A stretch of DNA of 64,000 bases, taken from NCBI RefSeq assembly GCF_031769215.1, contig NW_026782432.1:186001-250000 (forward strand), in the 5' to 3' direction. Of this stretch, positions 11,818 through 24,042 are shown piece after piece; positions within the stretch are counted from its first letter, which is position 1; each line of letters starts with the position of its first letter. The stretch is from Ylistrum balloti. Taxonomy: Eukaryota. The notes beneath the pieces were generated by a model. It did not search any database, was not told the DNA's origin, and worked only from the letters and a program-made list of their open reading frames with translations. The translations under genes were made by a program, and so were the position numbers.

Positions 11818-14350
11818 AAACTGGAGGTAGACAAGTCACAGTGACATCAAAGTAAACTGGTGATAACTGGAGGTAGACACATTCCGGTGACACTGAAGTA
11901 GACTGGTGAGAACTGGAGGTAGACACATCCCGGTGACACTGTGACACTGAGTAGATACTGGTGAGGAACTGGATGATATATAGACACATAAACTGGTGAG
12001 CACTGGAGGTGACACTGAAGTAGACTGGTGAGAACTGGATATAGACACATCCCAGTGACACTGAAGTAGACTGGTGAGAACTGGATGTAGACACATCCCG
12101 GTGACACTGAAGTAGACTGGTGAGAACTGGAGGTAGAGATATCACGGTGACACTGAAGTAGACTGGTGAGCACTGGAGGTAGACACATCCCGGTGACATT
12201 GAAGTAAACTGGTGAGCACTGGAGGAAGACACATCCCGGTGACACTGAAGTAGACTGGTGAGCACTGGAGGTAGAGATATCACGGTGACACTGAAGTAAA
12301 CTGGTGAGAACTGGAGGTAGATATATCACGGTGACACTGAAGTAAACTGGTGAGCACTGGAGGTAGAGATGCCACGGCGACACTGAAGTAGACTGGTGAG
12401 AACTGGATGTAGACACATCACGGTGACACTGAAGTAGACTGGTGAGAACTGGATGTAGACACATCCCGGTGACACTGAAGTAAACTGGTGAGAATGGAGG
12501 TAGACACATCCCGGTGACACTGAAGTAAACTGGTGAAGAACTGGAGGTAGACACATCCCGGTGACACTGAAGTAAACTGGTGAGGAACTGGATGTAGACA
12601 CATCCCGGTGACACTGAAGTAGACTGGTGAGAACTGGAGGTAGACACATCCCGGTGACACTGTAGTAAACTGGTGAGAACTGGAGGTAGAGATATCACGG
12701 TGACACTGAAGTAAACTGGTGAGAACTGGAGGTAGAGATATCACGGTGACACTGAAGTAAACTGGTGAGCACTGGAGGTAGAGATGCCACGGCGACACTG
12801 AAGTAGACTGATGAGAACTGGATGTAGACACATCCCGGTGACACTGAAGTAGACTGGTGAGAACTGGATATAGACACATCCCAGTGACACTGAAGTAGAC
12901 TGGTGAGAACTGGAGGTAGACACATCCCGGTGACATTGAAGTAAACTGGTGAGAACTGGAGGTAGAGATATCACGGTGACACTGAAGTAAACTGGTGACA
13001 CTGAAGTAAACTGGTGAGAACTGGATGTAGACACATCCCGGTGACACTGAAGTAGACTGGTGAGAACTGGATGTAGACTCATCCCGGTGACACTGATAGA
13101 CTGGTGAGAACTGGATGTAGACACATCCCGGTGACACAGAAGTAAACTGGTGAGAACTGGAGGTAGAGATGTCACGGTGACACTGAAGTAAACTGGTGAG
13201 AACTGGATGTAGACACATCCCGGTGACACTGAAGTAGACTGGTGAGCACTGGAGGTAGAGATGCCACGGCGACACTGAAGTAGACTGGTGAGAACTGGAG
13301 GTAGACACATCCCGGTGACACTGAAGTAGACTGGTGAGAACTGGATGTAGATACATCCCGGTGACACTGAAGTAAACTGGTGAGAATGGAGGTAGACACA
13401 TCCCGGTGACACTGAAGTTAACTGGTGATAACTGGAGGTAGACACATCCCGGTGACACTGAAGTAAACTGGTGATAACTGGAGGTAGAGATATCACGGTG
13501 ACACTGAAGTAAACTGGTGAGCACTGGAGGTAGAGATGCCACGGCGACACTGAAGTAGACTGGTGAGAACTGGATGTAGACACATCCCGGTGACACTGAA
13601 GTAGACTGGTGAGAACTGGATGTAGACTCATCCCGGTGACACTGAAGTAGACTGGTGAGAACTGGATGTAGACACATCCCGGTGACACAGAAGTAAACTG
13701 GTGAGAACTGGAGGTAGAGATGTCACGGTGACACTGAAGTAAACTGGTGAGAACTGGAGGTAGACACATCCCGGTGACACTGAAGTAAACTGGTGAGAAC
13801 TGGAGGTAGACACATCCCGGTGACACTGTAGTAAACTGGTGAGAACTGGAGGTAGAGATATCACGGTGACACTGAAGTAAACTGGTGAGCACTGGAGGTA
13901 GAGATGCCACGGCGACACTGAAGTAGACTGGTGAGAACTGGATATAGACACATCCCAGTGACACTGAAGTAGACTGGTGAGAACTGGATGTAGACACATC
14001 CCGGTGACACTGAAGTAGACTGGTGAGAACTGGAGGTAGAGATATCACGGCGACACTGAATTAGACTGGTGAGAACTGGATGTAGACACATCCCGGTGAC
14101 ACTGAAGTAGACTGGTGAGAACTGGAGGTAGACACATCCCGGTGACACTGAAGTAAACTGGTGAGAACTGGAGGTAGACACATTCCGGTGACACTGTAGT
14201 AAACTGGTGAGAACTGGAGGTAGAGATATCACGGTGACACTGAAGTAAACTGGTGAGAACTGGAGGAAGACACATCCCGGTAACATTGAAGTAAACTGGT
14301 GAGAACTGGAGGTAGAGATGTCACGCTGACACTGAAGTAAACTGATGAAG
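11818..14350. repeat. 46-bp minisatellite, about 55 copies, with block duplications
   Basis: Unit GGTGACACTGAAGTAGACTGGTGAGAACTGGAGGTAGACACATCCC; spacing 12101 to 12147 is 46. Confidence 0.97.
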
Positions 14351-14542
14351 ATTGTAACAGGTACACAAGTGATATCTCTGATATAGAGTTTACCGATTCG
14401 TCTGACCTAGAGATACACGCAGAGACACATACAGACGTGAAAAAAACATGTTGAAATGTGGAAAAGGATTTAGTGAATTTTCTCAGATAGAGATACACGC
14501 ATGGACACATACAGCCAGTTATCACGCTACCAGTTAAAAATA

Positions 14543-14825
14543 AATTGGTAATTTAATCTTTGTTTGGGGGATCTAAGCGCCCAATGATAATCTTTACCTG
14601 CCAAATCAAAATAGCCACCTGGGATCCGTTATGTATCTTCTCATCAATCCCAAAATCAAAAGGGCACAAGGAGAGACCAAATGGAGCATACTTGTGAAAT
14701 TGGAGAGATATCCAATCAGTAATTCTTAAGAAATAATAATAACAAATATTGTTGACGAACGGACGGACGGACCACGGACGTAAGGCGATTTGAATAGCCC
14801 ACCATCATCAGACGTTGGGCTAAAA
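14543..14825 (+). mobile_element. Dispersed non-autonomous repeat (HINE-like, with GGAC microsatellite); second copy inverted at about 57010-57250
   Basis: More than 200 bp match the reverse complement of 57010-57250 (e.g. ATCTTTACCTGCCAAATCAAAA and CCACCTGGGATCCGTTATGTATCTTCTCATCA). Family assignment is inference. Confidence 0.7.
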
Positions 14826-14949
14826 AGGGTCTTTAGACTTGTAACGTTACGATAATAATTTTCTCGGGTAGACAGAAGGTCAATGCTGAAATATTGGTAG
14901 TTTCATATTTGTACAAATACACTGCATGTATTTTGCAGTAAAATTCAAG

Positions 14950-15720
14950 TCAGAATTCCGATGAAACATCTATCACATTAATAAAAGGGTTTTCACTTCT
15001 TGTATATGTGTAAACTTTTTGGATAAATTCAAGATCACAAATATCACACTTGTAATCTAAGTTTTTATTCCTGTACCAAAATATGCTTCTGAAGACTTAA
15101 TTCATATTTATTTCCTCGTCATAGACTTCGCAGGCACGCGATTTCACTCGTTTGTGTATCCTGACACGTCTCTGAAGATTTACTTTCGTTTTTCATTCAA
15201 GACGACACACTTCATATTTGTATACATTTCTTTTTATGTATCTCTAGGTGTCTCTGTACCAGAAGAAACAGATTTGTTTTGCTTTCGGTTTTAATGAGTT
15301 TCGACGTGTTTCTGCAGATTAGGGTTTATATTGAATCCCTTGTCACAGACAGCACATTTACAGGACTTTTCACCTTGTACAACTTTGAATGATCACGTGA
15401 CAGTGTAGTTTTACATTCTATTGCAAAGACATCACATTTATATAATTTTTGAGGCAATTCCGCAGACTTGACTTTAATTATTAAATTCTACGGAGCAGAC
15501 ATCACGATTATAAGACTTCTTCTGTTGGTATGTTTTGAGGTTATCCCGTAGACTTTGTTAAAGCCGTCTACAGACATCACATTTGTACAGGTATCTCCTG
15601 TGATACATATTTCACTGATCCCGTTCATGCTGTTGTATGTGTACCTTCAGATGATCAAACAATTTGAAAATCTTTCCATAATTTTCACGTATATATGGTT
15701 AATTTTCTATATGTTATTAG
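14950..15720 (-). pseudogene. Eroded C2H2 zinc-finger pseudogene
   Basis: Minus-strand hand translation gives PYIRENYGKIFKLFDHLKVHIQQH, YKCDVCRRL*, an intact finger GEKSCKCAVCDKGFNINPNLQKHVETH* (15294-15374), KYEVCRLE*KTKVNLQRRVRIH and YKCDICDLEF, with stops and frameshifts between them. Confidence 0.85.
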
Positions 15721-16909
15721 GTTCATCCTCGGTACCCCAAGGGTTACAGTCGCTGTCGGTCTGTGCAATTAGTATCGAGTAGAGTGCGAGGCCGACGTAA
15801 CGCAATCCAGATCAGTCTTGTAGCAGCATCCCTCCGCGCGATACAAGCGCTTGGTGCAAGCAGATCGAATCAATGTGTCGAAAATACATCTGTCAACAGG
15901 TATAACTTTTTAAAAAGCACACACGTAACACCATACTTACAGAGAGCACCATGAAACCGTGGATATTTTACTCGCTTTAAGCACAGGACTGGCATGTATG
16001 CTTATCGTTGAGAATTAAGCCCTATATAATATAAGTATACCCAGTGAGTGCTAATGGTCGTTTAGTATTGCCAGCTTTTGGGTAGCCCCGTTTTCGAAGA
16101 ATTCTTTTTTTATTATTAAACTCCACATTCACATAAAGGACCCTAATACACAGATGAGTTGAAGATTCAGGGTTATAGCTAGAGTCTAGGTCACCGTTAC
16201 TATTTTCGGGAAAAAAAACGTTTGCCTGTTTTAAAGTATTCTAGTAGTTTCATTCCTTTAGGAATTTCGATCAAACTTTGAAAAATTAGCCATCTTTTTT
16301 AGCTTAAGTCGGCGTGAAACCACACGTGGATCTGTATCATTAGGATGCATTGTTTATTGATAAGCTAACACAAAATTTAATAAATATATTTTTACCTAAC
16401 TCAACTTATACCCAAGACATATTGTTTGTATATACATGTACATAAATGTATATGATAGCAGTCCTGGTCCGGGGAAATGTTTTATAAACTTCAATATATG
16501 TTTGTGAAATGAGTATTTTTGTAAACTGATTAGTCTGTATTCAATCACATAGATAATATTGTCGCACATATGATATTATATGTGATATAAGCTGATTGGT
16601 TTACAAAATACACTGATTATACAATAACACTGTTAATCACAGTAGTCCTAGGATGATTATGACATCACAATAATAAAGTTCTTAGATGTTGAGAAACCTT
16701 CACTTCCACATTTTATTTATATGACTATTATCAATGTATAATTCAGTCTTCCGTATATGTTCCATATACCATTAACTTGTATTTATGTAGTTTTGTATTT
16801 TTCAGCAGCACAAGAAATTGAAATGAAAATATGATTGTCAATGTTAAACTTGCCATATATGACTTCCACAAATTGACTTTTCTCATAAAAATGAGACAAA
16901 AGAAGAAAC

Positions 16910-18400
16910 ATGGCAGGTCGAAGTGGTGACACTATAATGTACATGTCCGTTGTTGAAGAAGGGGAGGTAACTCACCCTTCAGGATTAAATGCTAACAATG
17001 GAACACATACAATAGATATCGATTACCAGCCAAAATCAAGTGAAAACAAGGTTGATGAAGCACTTCATGAGCAGATTAGTCAGAATGTACATGTACCTGA
17101 AAAAAGACCATCAGACCAGGTTGATGATCATGATGGGGATTTTGCTGTTACATTTGATATGAAAAATAAAGCGGGAAGCGAAAGCTATAAGTGTGAGGTA
17201 TGTTCTAAGGAGTTTAGACGTCGAAGCAATCTCTCTATACATGTCAAAGCACATACAGGCGTGAAGCCACACCAGTGTGATACCTGTGGTAAAGGATTTG
17301 GTTTTAAACATCATTTACATCGACATATGAAAATCCACACGGGGGAGAGACCGTACATGTGTGGAGTGTGTGGCAAAGGATTCAATCAAAATTCTATTCT
17401 ACAAGTACACCTGATGACACATACAGGACAAAAAACATGGGAATGTGAGGATTGCGGAAAGTTTTTCAGCTCCACGTCTAGTTTGCGCATGCACCATCTG
17501 ACACATACAGTTGAGAGGTCATACAAATGTGATGTTTGTGGTAATGACTTTATTAGTGCTTTCCATCTAAATAGACATCTTTCAGTTCATAGAGGAGATA
17601 AGAAGTATAAATGTGAGGTGTGTGGAAAAAGATTTAATCAAAATGCAAACCTACAGACACATCTTGGTACTCATAGAAGAGAAAGTTCCAAAAGCTGTGA
17701 CATGTCGCTCCATAAAGATAAGAATCCATACCAGTGTAATGTTTGTGGTAAGAAGTTTATTAGTGTTCAACACTTGGACAGACATAACACTATACATACT
17801 GGAGAAACGCCACACGATTGTGAAATCTGTGGAAAAGGATTTAGTCGAAAACGTTATCTTCAAATTCATATCAAGAGACATGACGGAGAGAAGCCACATG
17901 AATGTGATGTCTGTGGAAAAAGATTCAGTAAGAAAGATCATCTTCAAACACACTTGAAAATACATACAGGAGAAAAGGAATTCTCATGTGATTTCTGTGG
18001 AAAAGGATTCATTCAAAAAGGAAATCTGAAGTCACATATCAGAACACACACTGGTGAGACAAAAGAATTCAAATGTTATATATGTGGTAAGGTTATGTCA
18101 CAATTGGGAAATCTTCAGGCTCACCTCAGGACCCATACAGGTGAAAAACCATTCCGTTGTGATATCTGTGATAAGGATTTCTGTGATGCCGGAACTTTAA
18201 AAGTTCACTATAGGACCCATACCGGAGAGAAACCTTTCAAGTGTGATATTTGTGATAAAATGTTCAGGGTAGCCACAAGTTTAAGGTCGCATGTGTTGAT
18301 ACATACTGGAGAGAAACTTTATCCATGTCATTTATGTGATCAGGGATTCCAACGAAGATCCAGCCATAGGAAGCATATGAAGTTACACGAATCTTCATAG
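16910..18400 (+). CDS. ZF2: C2H2 zinc-finger protein, 14 fingers (6+8 split by a long linker), acidic ~90-aa N-terminus, 496 aa
   Basis: 14 C2H2 units; in-frame TGA at 16892-16894 upstream of the ATG; acceptor TTTTGTATTTTTCAG ends at 16805; AATAAA near 18430. Confidence 0.94.
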   Translation: MAGRSGDTIMYMSVVEEGEVTHPSGLNANNGTHTIDIDYQPKSSENKVDEALHEQISQNVHVPEKRPSDQVDDHDGDFAVTFDMKNKAGSESYKCEVCSKEFRRRSNLSIHVKAHTGVKPHQCDTCGKGFGFKHHLHRHMKIHTGERPYMCGVCGKGFNQNSILQVHLMTHTGQKTWECEDCGKFFSSTSSLRMHHLTHTVERSYKCDVCGNDFISAFHLNRHLSVHRGDKKYKCEVCGKRFNQNANLQTHLGTHRRESSKSCDMSLHKDKNPYQCNVCGKKFISVQHLDRHNTIHTGETPHDCEICGKGFSRKRYLQIHIKRHDGEKPHECDVCGKRFSKKDHLQTHLKIHTGEKEFSCDFCGKGFIQKGNLKSHIRTHTGETKEFKCYICGKVMSQLGNLQAHLRTHTGEKPFRCDICDKDFCDAGTLKVHYRTHTGEKPFKCDICDKMFRVATSLRSHVLIHTGEKLYPCHLCDQGFQRRSSHRKHMKLHESS

Positions 18401-18717
18401 AGTCCAATATCAAGATACGAAAAGTGGGGAATAAAATTTACATGATTTCATTAACTCACCATTTATCTTATCATTGGAAGTCAACTTCTTACCCAGCCTC
18501 CATCTTGATTTCATATTCTTTATGGCTATTAGTTGACAACATTTTCAAATTTTGATAATTTGCAGTCTGTAACTTCTATTCCTCAAAAATTGCCAAAATG
18601 ATCATCATAATCATGGGACATGTATATGGTCAGTACAAAAATATGTATGGTCATTCTTATCTTTAGCTTGATCATATAATCAAGATATCTGCTGGTGGCC
18701 TTATTAATTTATCATAA

Positions 18718-19557
18718 AACTGACAACCAGAAGACAAACATAAGAAATAGAACTGACAACTAGCATACAAAGATAAAACACAGAGCTGACAACTAGTAGA
18801 CAAAGATAAAACACCAAGCTGACAACTAGTAGACAAGGATAAAACATGAAACTGACAACTAGTAGACAAAGATAAAACACCAAGCTGACAACTAGTAGAC
18901 ACCAAGCTGACAACTAGAAGACAAAGATAAAACACAGAGCTGACAACTAGTAGACAAAGACAAAACATGGAACGGACAACTAGTAGGCAAAGATAAAATG
19001 CCGAGCTGACAACTAATAGACAAAGATAAAACACCGAGCTGACAACTAGTAGACAAAGATCAAACATGGAACTGACAACTAGTAGACAAAGATAAAACAC
19101 AGAGCTGACAACAAGTAGACAAAGATCAAACACAGAGATGACAACTAGTAGACAAAGATAAAACACTGAGCTGACAACTAATAGACAAAGATAAAACACT
19201 GAGCTGACAACTAGTAGACAAAGATAGAACATGGAACTGACAACTAGTAGACAAAGATAAAACATTGAGCTGACAACTAGTAGACAAAGATCAAACATGG
19301 AACTGACAACTAGTAGACAAAGACAAAACATGGAACTGACAACTAGTAGACAAAGATAAAACACTTAGCTGACAACTAGTAGACAAAGATAGAACATGGA
19401 ACTGACAACTAGTAGACAAAGATAAAACATTGAGCTGACAACTAGTAGACAAAGACAAAACATGGAACCGACAACTAGTAGACAAAGATCAAACATGGAA
19501 CTGACAACTAGTAGACAAAGATAAAACATTGAGCTGACACCTAGTAGACAAAGATAG
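18718..19557. repeat. 33-bp minisatellite TGACAACTAGTAGACAAAGATAAAACACCGAGC, about 25 copies
   Basis: Spacing 18785 to 18818 is 33; starts about 320 bp after the ZF2 stop. Confidence 0.96.
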
Positions 19558-19559
19558 GA

Positions 19560-20419
19560 CTTAATGTCCGTAGAGATTGGTCTCAATGTCAGCAGAGATT
19601 GGTCTCACTGTCATCTCAATGTCATCAGAGATTGGTTTCGATGTCAGTAGATATTGATCTTAATGTCATCAGAGATTGGTCTCATTGTCATCAGAGATTG
19701 GTTCCCATGTCAGCAGATTGGTCTCATTGTCAGCAAAGATTGGTCTCAAATTCCGTAGAGATTGGTGTCAATGGCAGCAGATTGATCTTAATTTCATCAG
19801 AGATTGGTCTCAGTGTCAGCACATTGGTCTCAATGGCAGTGGAGATTGGTCTTAATGTCATCAGAGATTGGTCTCAATGTCAGTAGAGATTTGTCTAAAT
19901 GTCAGGAGATTAGTCTTAATGTCATCAGATATTGGTCTCAATGTCAGTGGAGATTGGTCTTAATGTCATCAGATATTGGTCTCAATGTCAGTAGAGATTG
20001 GTCTAATTGTCAGGAGATTAGTCTTAATGTCATCAGAGATTGGTCTCAATGTCAGTAGAGATTGGTCTAAATGTCAGTAGAGATTGGTTTCAATGTCAGT
20101 GGAGGTTGGTCTCAATGTCATCAGAGATTGGTCTCAATGTCAGTAGAGATTGGTCTAAATGTCAGGAGATTAGTCTTAATGTCATCAGAGATTGGTCTCA
20201 ATGACAGTAGAGATTGGTCTAAATTTCAGGAGATTATTCTTAATGTCATCAGAGATTGGTCTCAATGTCAGTGGAGATTGGTCTCAATGTCATCAGAGAT
20301 TGGTCTCAATGTCAGTAGAGATTGGTCTAAATGTCAGGAGATTAGTCTTAATGTCATCAGAGATTGGTCTCATTGTCAGTAGAGATTGGTCTCAATGTCA
20401 GTAGAGATTGGTCTTAATG
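19560..20419. repeat. 20/22-bp minisatellite GTCAGTAGAGATTGGTCTCAAT, block 1
   Basis: Directly visible; same unit as blocks 2 and 3. Confidence 0.96.
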
Positions 20420-20422
20420 CCA

Positions 20423-23400
20423 CATGGTTCATACAAACTTTCCAAGATAAAATTCAAGAACTGATCAAGGCCCTATTCACTTTTTTAAGGCTTTTTGTTC
20501 AGAAATATTAAGTACATTTTACAATGACAAATGCAGAAAACATAACAATATGTATACTGATTTCAGATATTTTAATAAAGGTCAGAGGTGACTTAGAGTC
20601 ATCATTCATATTCAACTGTATTATACTGTTATATATGGTATACTATACCAAATCAACAGTATTTAAGAGCATTCACTTTTCTTTCAATCAAGTCAGTTTT
20701 TGCACTGTGCAACCTTTTCCTTTGCACTCCTGCGAAGGGAATTAGAATGTGACAAGTGAGTGAGATTGTCTTCTTCCTCAGCTCTTTGAGAAAATGTATC
20801 TGCTGATTTCAGCAGTGACTCCTGGTCCTGTTGAGGTTGCTTTAGTTTCTTTCTAAGATTGTTTACTTCTTCCTCCGAAGCCTTGCGCTTTCATTCCTGT
20901 TGATCAGTTTTTTCATGTCTCTTTGTTCTGCTATGTATAAATCATACTTCTGTCTGGCTGCTCTAGCACTGGACAGTAGTTCTTTGGTAAGAGGGACATT
21001 TAAGACCCCACCCACTTCACTCACATAGTCAAAAATCAAACACTGGGCAACTAGTGTTTCTTGCTTCATGTTCTCCACTTCAATTTTATTATTGATGGAG
21101 AATCCTCTTTCAACTTGGGCCGGCCAATGTGACAGGATTAATAACATTTTCACCACTTCAAATATGTTTTTATACTGTTGCTTCTTTCCCATACCTAGTA
21201 CCTAGGAATACATCTATCCTGTCTACATCCAAATATGGGTCATAGTTTGAGAAAAGGTCTGTTCCAATAGATGGGATAGCCTCCAGAAAGTCTTTATATT
21301 GTGTGATACACAACTCGCATTCTCTTTCATCCACTCTGTTTCTTCAGTTTAATAGGACATGCACTGTTGTGGTGAACCATCTCTTTTGGGTTCAAACAGC
21401 TGATGTTCTTAGCAAAGACTGTAATTCAGAGGACTCTTTTCAAGAAGTTTCTTCACAAGTTTAAGCACACAATTCCAGCACTGGATAAGGAATTTCATGA
21501 CTTGACGGCTTGTACACTTTGCATCCTTCAATGCTTTTTCTGTCGAGAAACCAATTGCAACTTTTGTGTAAGGGAGATAACTCTTATTGTCAAGATCCAA
21601 ACCAGACAAATTGCTATCTGGCAACATTTCTAGGGATTAAGAACCATTCTCAACATTTCTTTTACAATACTGAAGAGTTCTTAGTATAGGAAAGGTGACA
21701 TTGGTTTGTTTGTTTGGTAATTTCCCAAAAATGATAGATGTAAAGCCATGAAGTGAAAAACTGAAGCTTTGCAATGATAAGATTGTCTTTCACTGCTGCT
21801 AATATAATTCCATAAGATTTGTTTGTTGGTTTTGTCTCTTCCTTCTTCTCAGCTTTCTTTGCATACAGAGTAACACTGTCCCATACTTTGATGGCTCCCT
21901 CACACACTGGAACATTTTCCACCCACCTACAAGATAAAAGTGGATCAACTAAAAGTCAAAAGCTCTGATAGTGTTAAAAAAATGAAATGTTAAACAGATG
22001 ATCATGGGTCTGTGGTCACAATTTTTGATCAAATATTTGACAATAATGTATATAAAGTTATTAAACTGTCTATGTCATTCAGTTGAAACATTTATTTCGT
22101 TATCTGTGCGAGACAAACTTCAAGGGCACTAAAGCTGAACCTGTGACTGTTATGAAATCTTCCCTGCGGGCTGGACTATCCTGTAAAATGTAAATACTTA
22201 ATAATAACACATAACTACAATAAATAAACACAGAATTACCCACACATTAAATGCATTCCAAAAATGAGCATTTACCAAAATTACAATAGATACATGGACT
22301 ACTAAAACTATTGATAATGGTTTGAAACATATTTATATATTTAATCATGCTTTACTTTTATGTGAATTTCAGTTAAATTTACTTTCTAATGATTACAGAT
22401 TAATTACCTTAAATAGGTAGTATAAGGATGCCAGGGTACTAGATAAGTCCCATGTTGTTGCTTCAATTCCTGTCTTAAATGAGTTGTGTACTACATGAAG
22501 ACCACAAGAGCCTATGTTGATCAGGGATACATCATTGTCAGCTTTCATTCTCTGTTTTATCATATCATAAAAATTCCAATTCACATTGGGTCCATCCATG
22601 GAGATTTGGATAATGTTCCTTTGTGGAAGACTGCTAACACCCTTGTTATAATGTCCAACGATATCAGTGGCTGTGCCATGTCCAAGAAATTGTGATCCAT
22701 AGTATTTTGTTTACACCATAATCCCCTCTTTGTCCCAGGATTTCAAATGGAAATCCATCTGCTTCATTTGTAGCTTCTTTAGACTTTCATCAAACATAAC
22801 TACATATTTGTCTGTTACTTTCTGGCTGACAATTGTTTTGAGACGATCTGCTACTCCAAAAACACAAATGTAGACCGTTTTTCTTTCACCACATGTAAAC
22901 ATGCTGGCCACTTTACTATCGGGAAACATCGTCTTAAAAAGTGCTGAGGTGGTTTCGTTAGACTTGTATGAGTTATTGTTTACAATTGATTGAATTGTCC
23001 ACAAAACCTCAGCTTTCAACACTTCGGATTTTGTAATAAAATTACCCATGCCATGTTCAACAACACCAAGGACGTATATGACACTTACGGTAGGTGGCGG
23101 TCGGGGAGCATCTGGAATGTGCTGTGACTATGTCGTCTTGTCATCCGTGACTGCGGGAATATCCGATTCAGTTTTCTTTTCAACTTTTATATTAGGTAAC
23201 TTAGTTTGTTTTTTTTTAACATTCCGTTGGCGTGTGCATGTTTTAATCATTTGGCGTGACTCTTCAACGCCGATTCCCTCATCTTTCCGAGGTCTATATC
23301 TTTTGACCATCGTAAACAGTGGGTCTTACATCGATCGCCTTTCAGTTCCCTTACCCAGTTGTATTGTTCCTCCCACTTCCTGTTAAAAATACATCGATTC

Positions 23401-23626
23401 CTTGGCATGATTAGCACAAACCGCGTTTGCAGCCTGTTTGCAGTGCAAAGCGGGCGGAAGAGTGTAGATTGCGCATGGTGTCCGCGCATGTTTGAATTAC
23501 CTCCCTTTACCCATAATTGTGACAAAAGCCCGGTACATACGATGATCGTGCAACAATATGACGGCAGGTATAACGCGTTATTTATCGATGTTTTCGTTTT
23601 ATTTGAGGCAAAAGAAACATCTGAAA
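20423..23626 (-). mobile_element. hAT-superfamily DNA transposon relic with a disrupted, intron-containing transposase (about 23408 to 20840)
   Basis: BED-like N-terminus (W..ELKGDRCKTHC..KDIDLGKMRESALKSH), YVVMFDES, MDGPNVN..GSCGLHVVHNSF (CxxH), FK|DSPARREDF..SH R|WVENVPV, and LSH..QVERGFSIN dimerisation motif. Putative TIR CATGGTTCATAC at 20423; no partner TIR found. Confidence 0.88.
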
Positions 23627-24042
23627 TCAGTAGAGATTGGTCTCAATGTCATCAGATCGGTCTCAATGTCATCAGAGATTGGTCTCAATGTCAACAGAGA
23701 TTAGTCTCAATGTCAGTAGAGATTGGTCTCAATGTCAGCAGATTGGTCTCAATGTCAGTAGAGATTGGTCTCAATGTCAGCAGATTGGTCTCAATGTCAG
23801 TAGAGATTGGTCTCAATGTCAGCAGATTGATTGGTCTCAATGTCAGTAGAGATTGGTCTCAATGTCAGCAGGTTGGTCTTAATGTCAGTAGAGATTGGTC
23901 TCAATGTCAGTAGAGATTCAATGTCAGTAGAGATTGGTCTCAATGTCAGCAGATTGGTCTCAATGTCAGTAGAGATTGGTCTCAATGTCAGCAGATTGGT
24001 CTCAATGTCAGTAGAGATTGGTCTCAGTTTCAGTAGAGATTG
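23627..24042. repeat. 20/22-bp minisatellite, block 2
   Basis: Same unit as 19560-20419. Confidence 0.96.

Noticed and set aside
11804-14525. Long ORFs (up to 435 aa) such as PPVLTSLLQCHRD repeats
   Set aside because: By-products of the 46-bp array (unit not a multiple of 3, all three frames cycle); no domain content.
18672-20404. Hydrophobic repeat ORFs (FYLCLLVVSS; RDWSQCQ)
   Set aside because: Translations of non-coding minisatellites.
20840-23408. Domesticated hAT gene (ZBED-like)
   Set aside because: Several in-frame stops, frameshifts and a mutated donor indicate decay.
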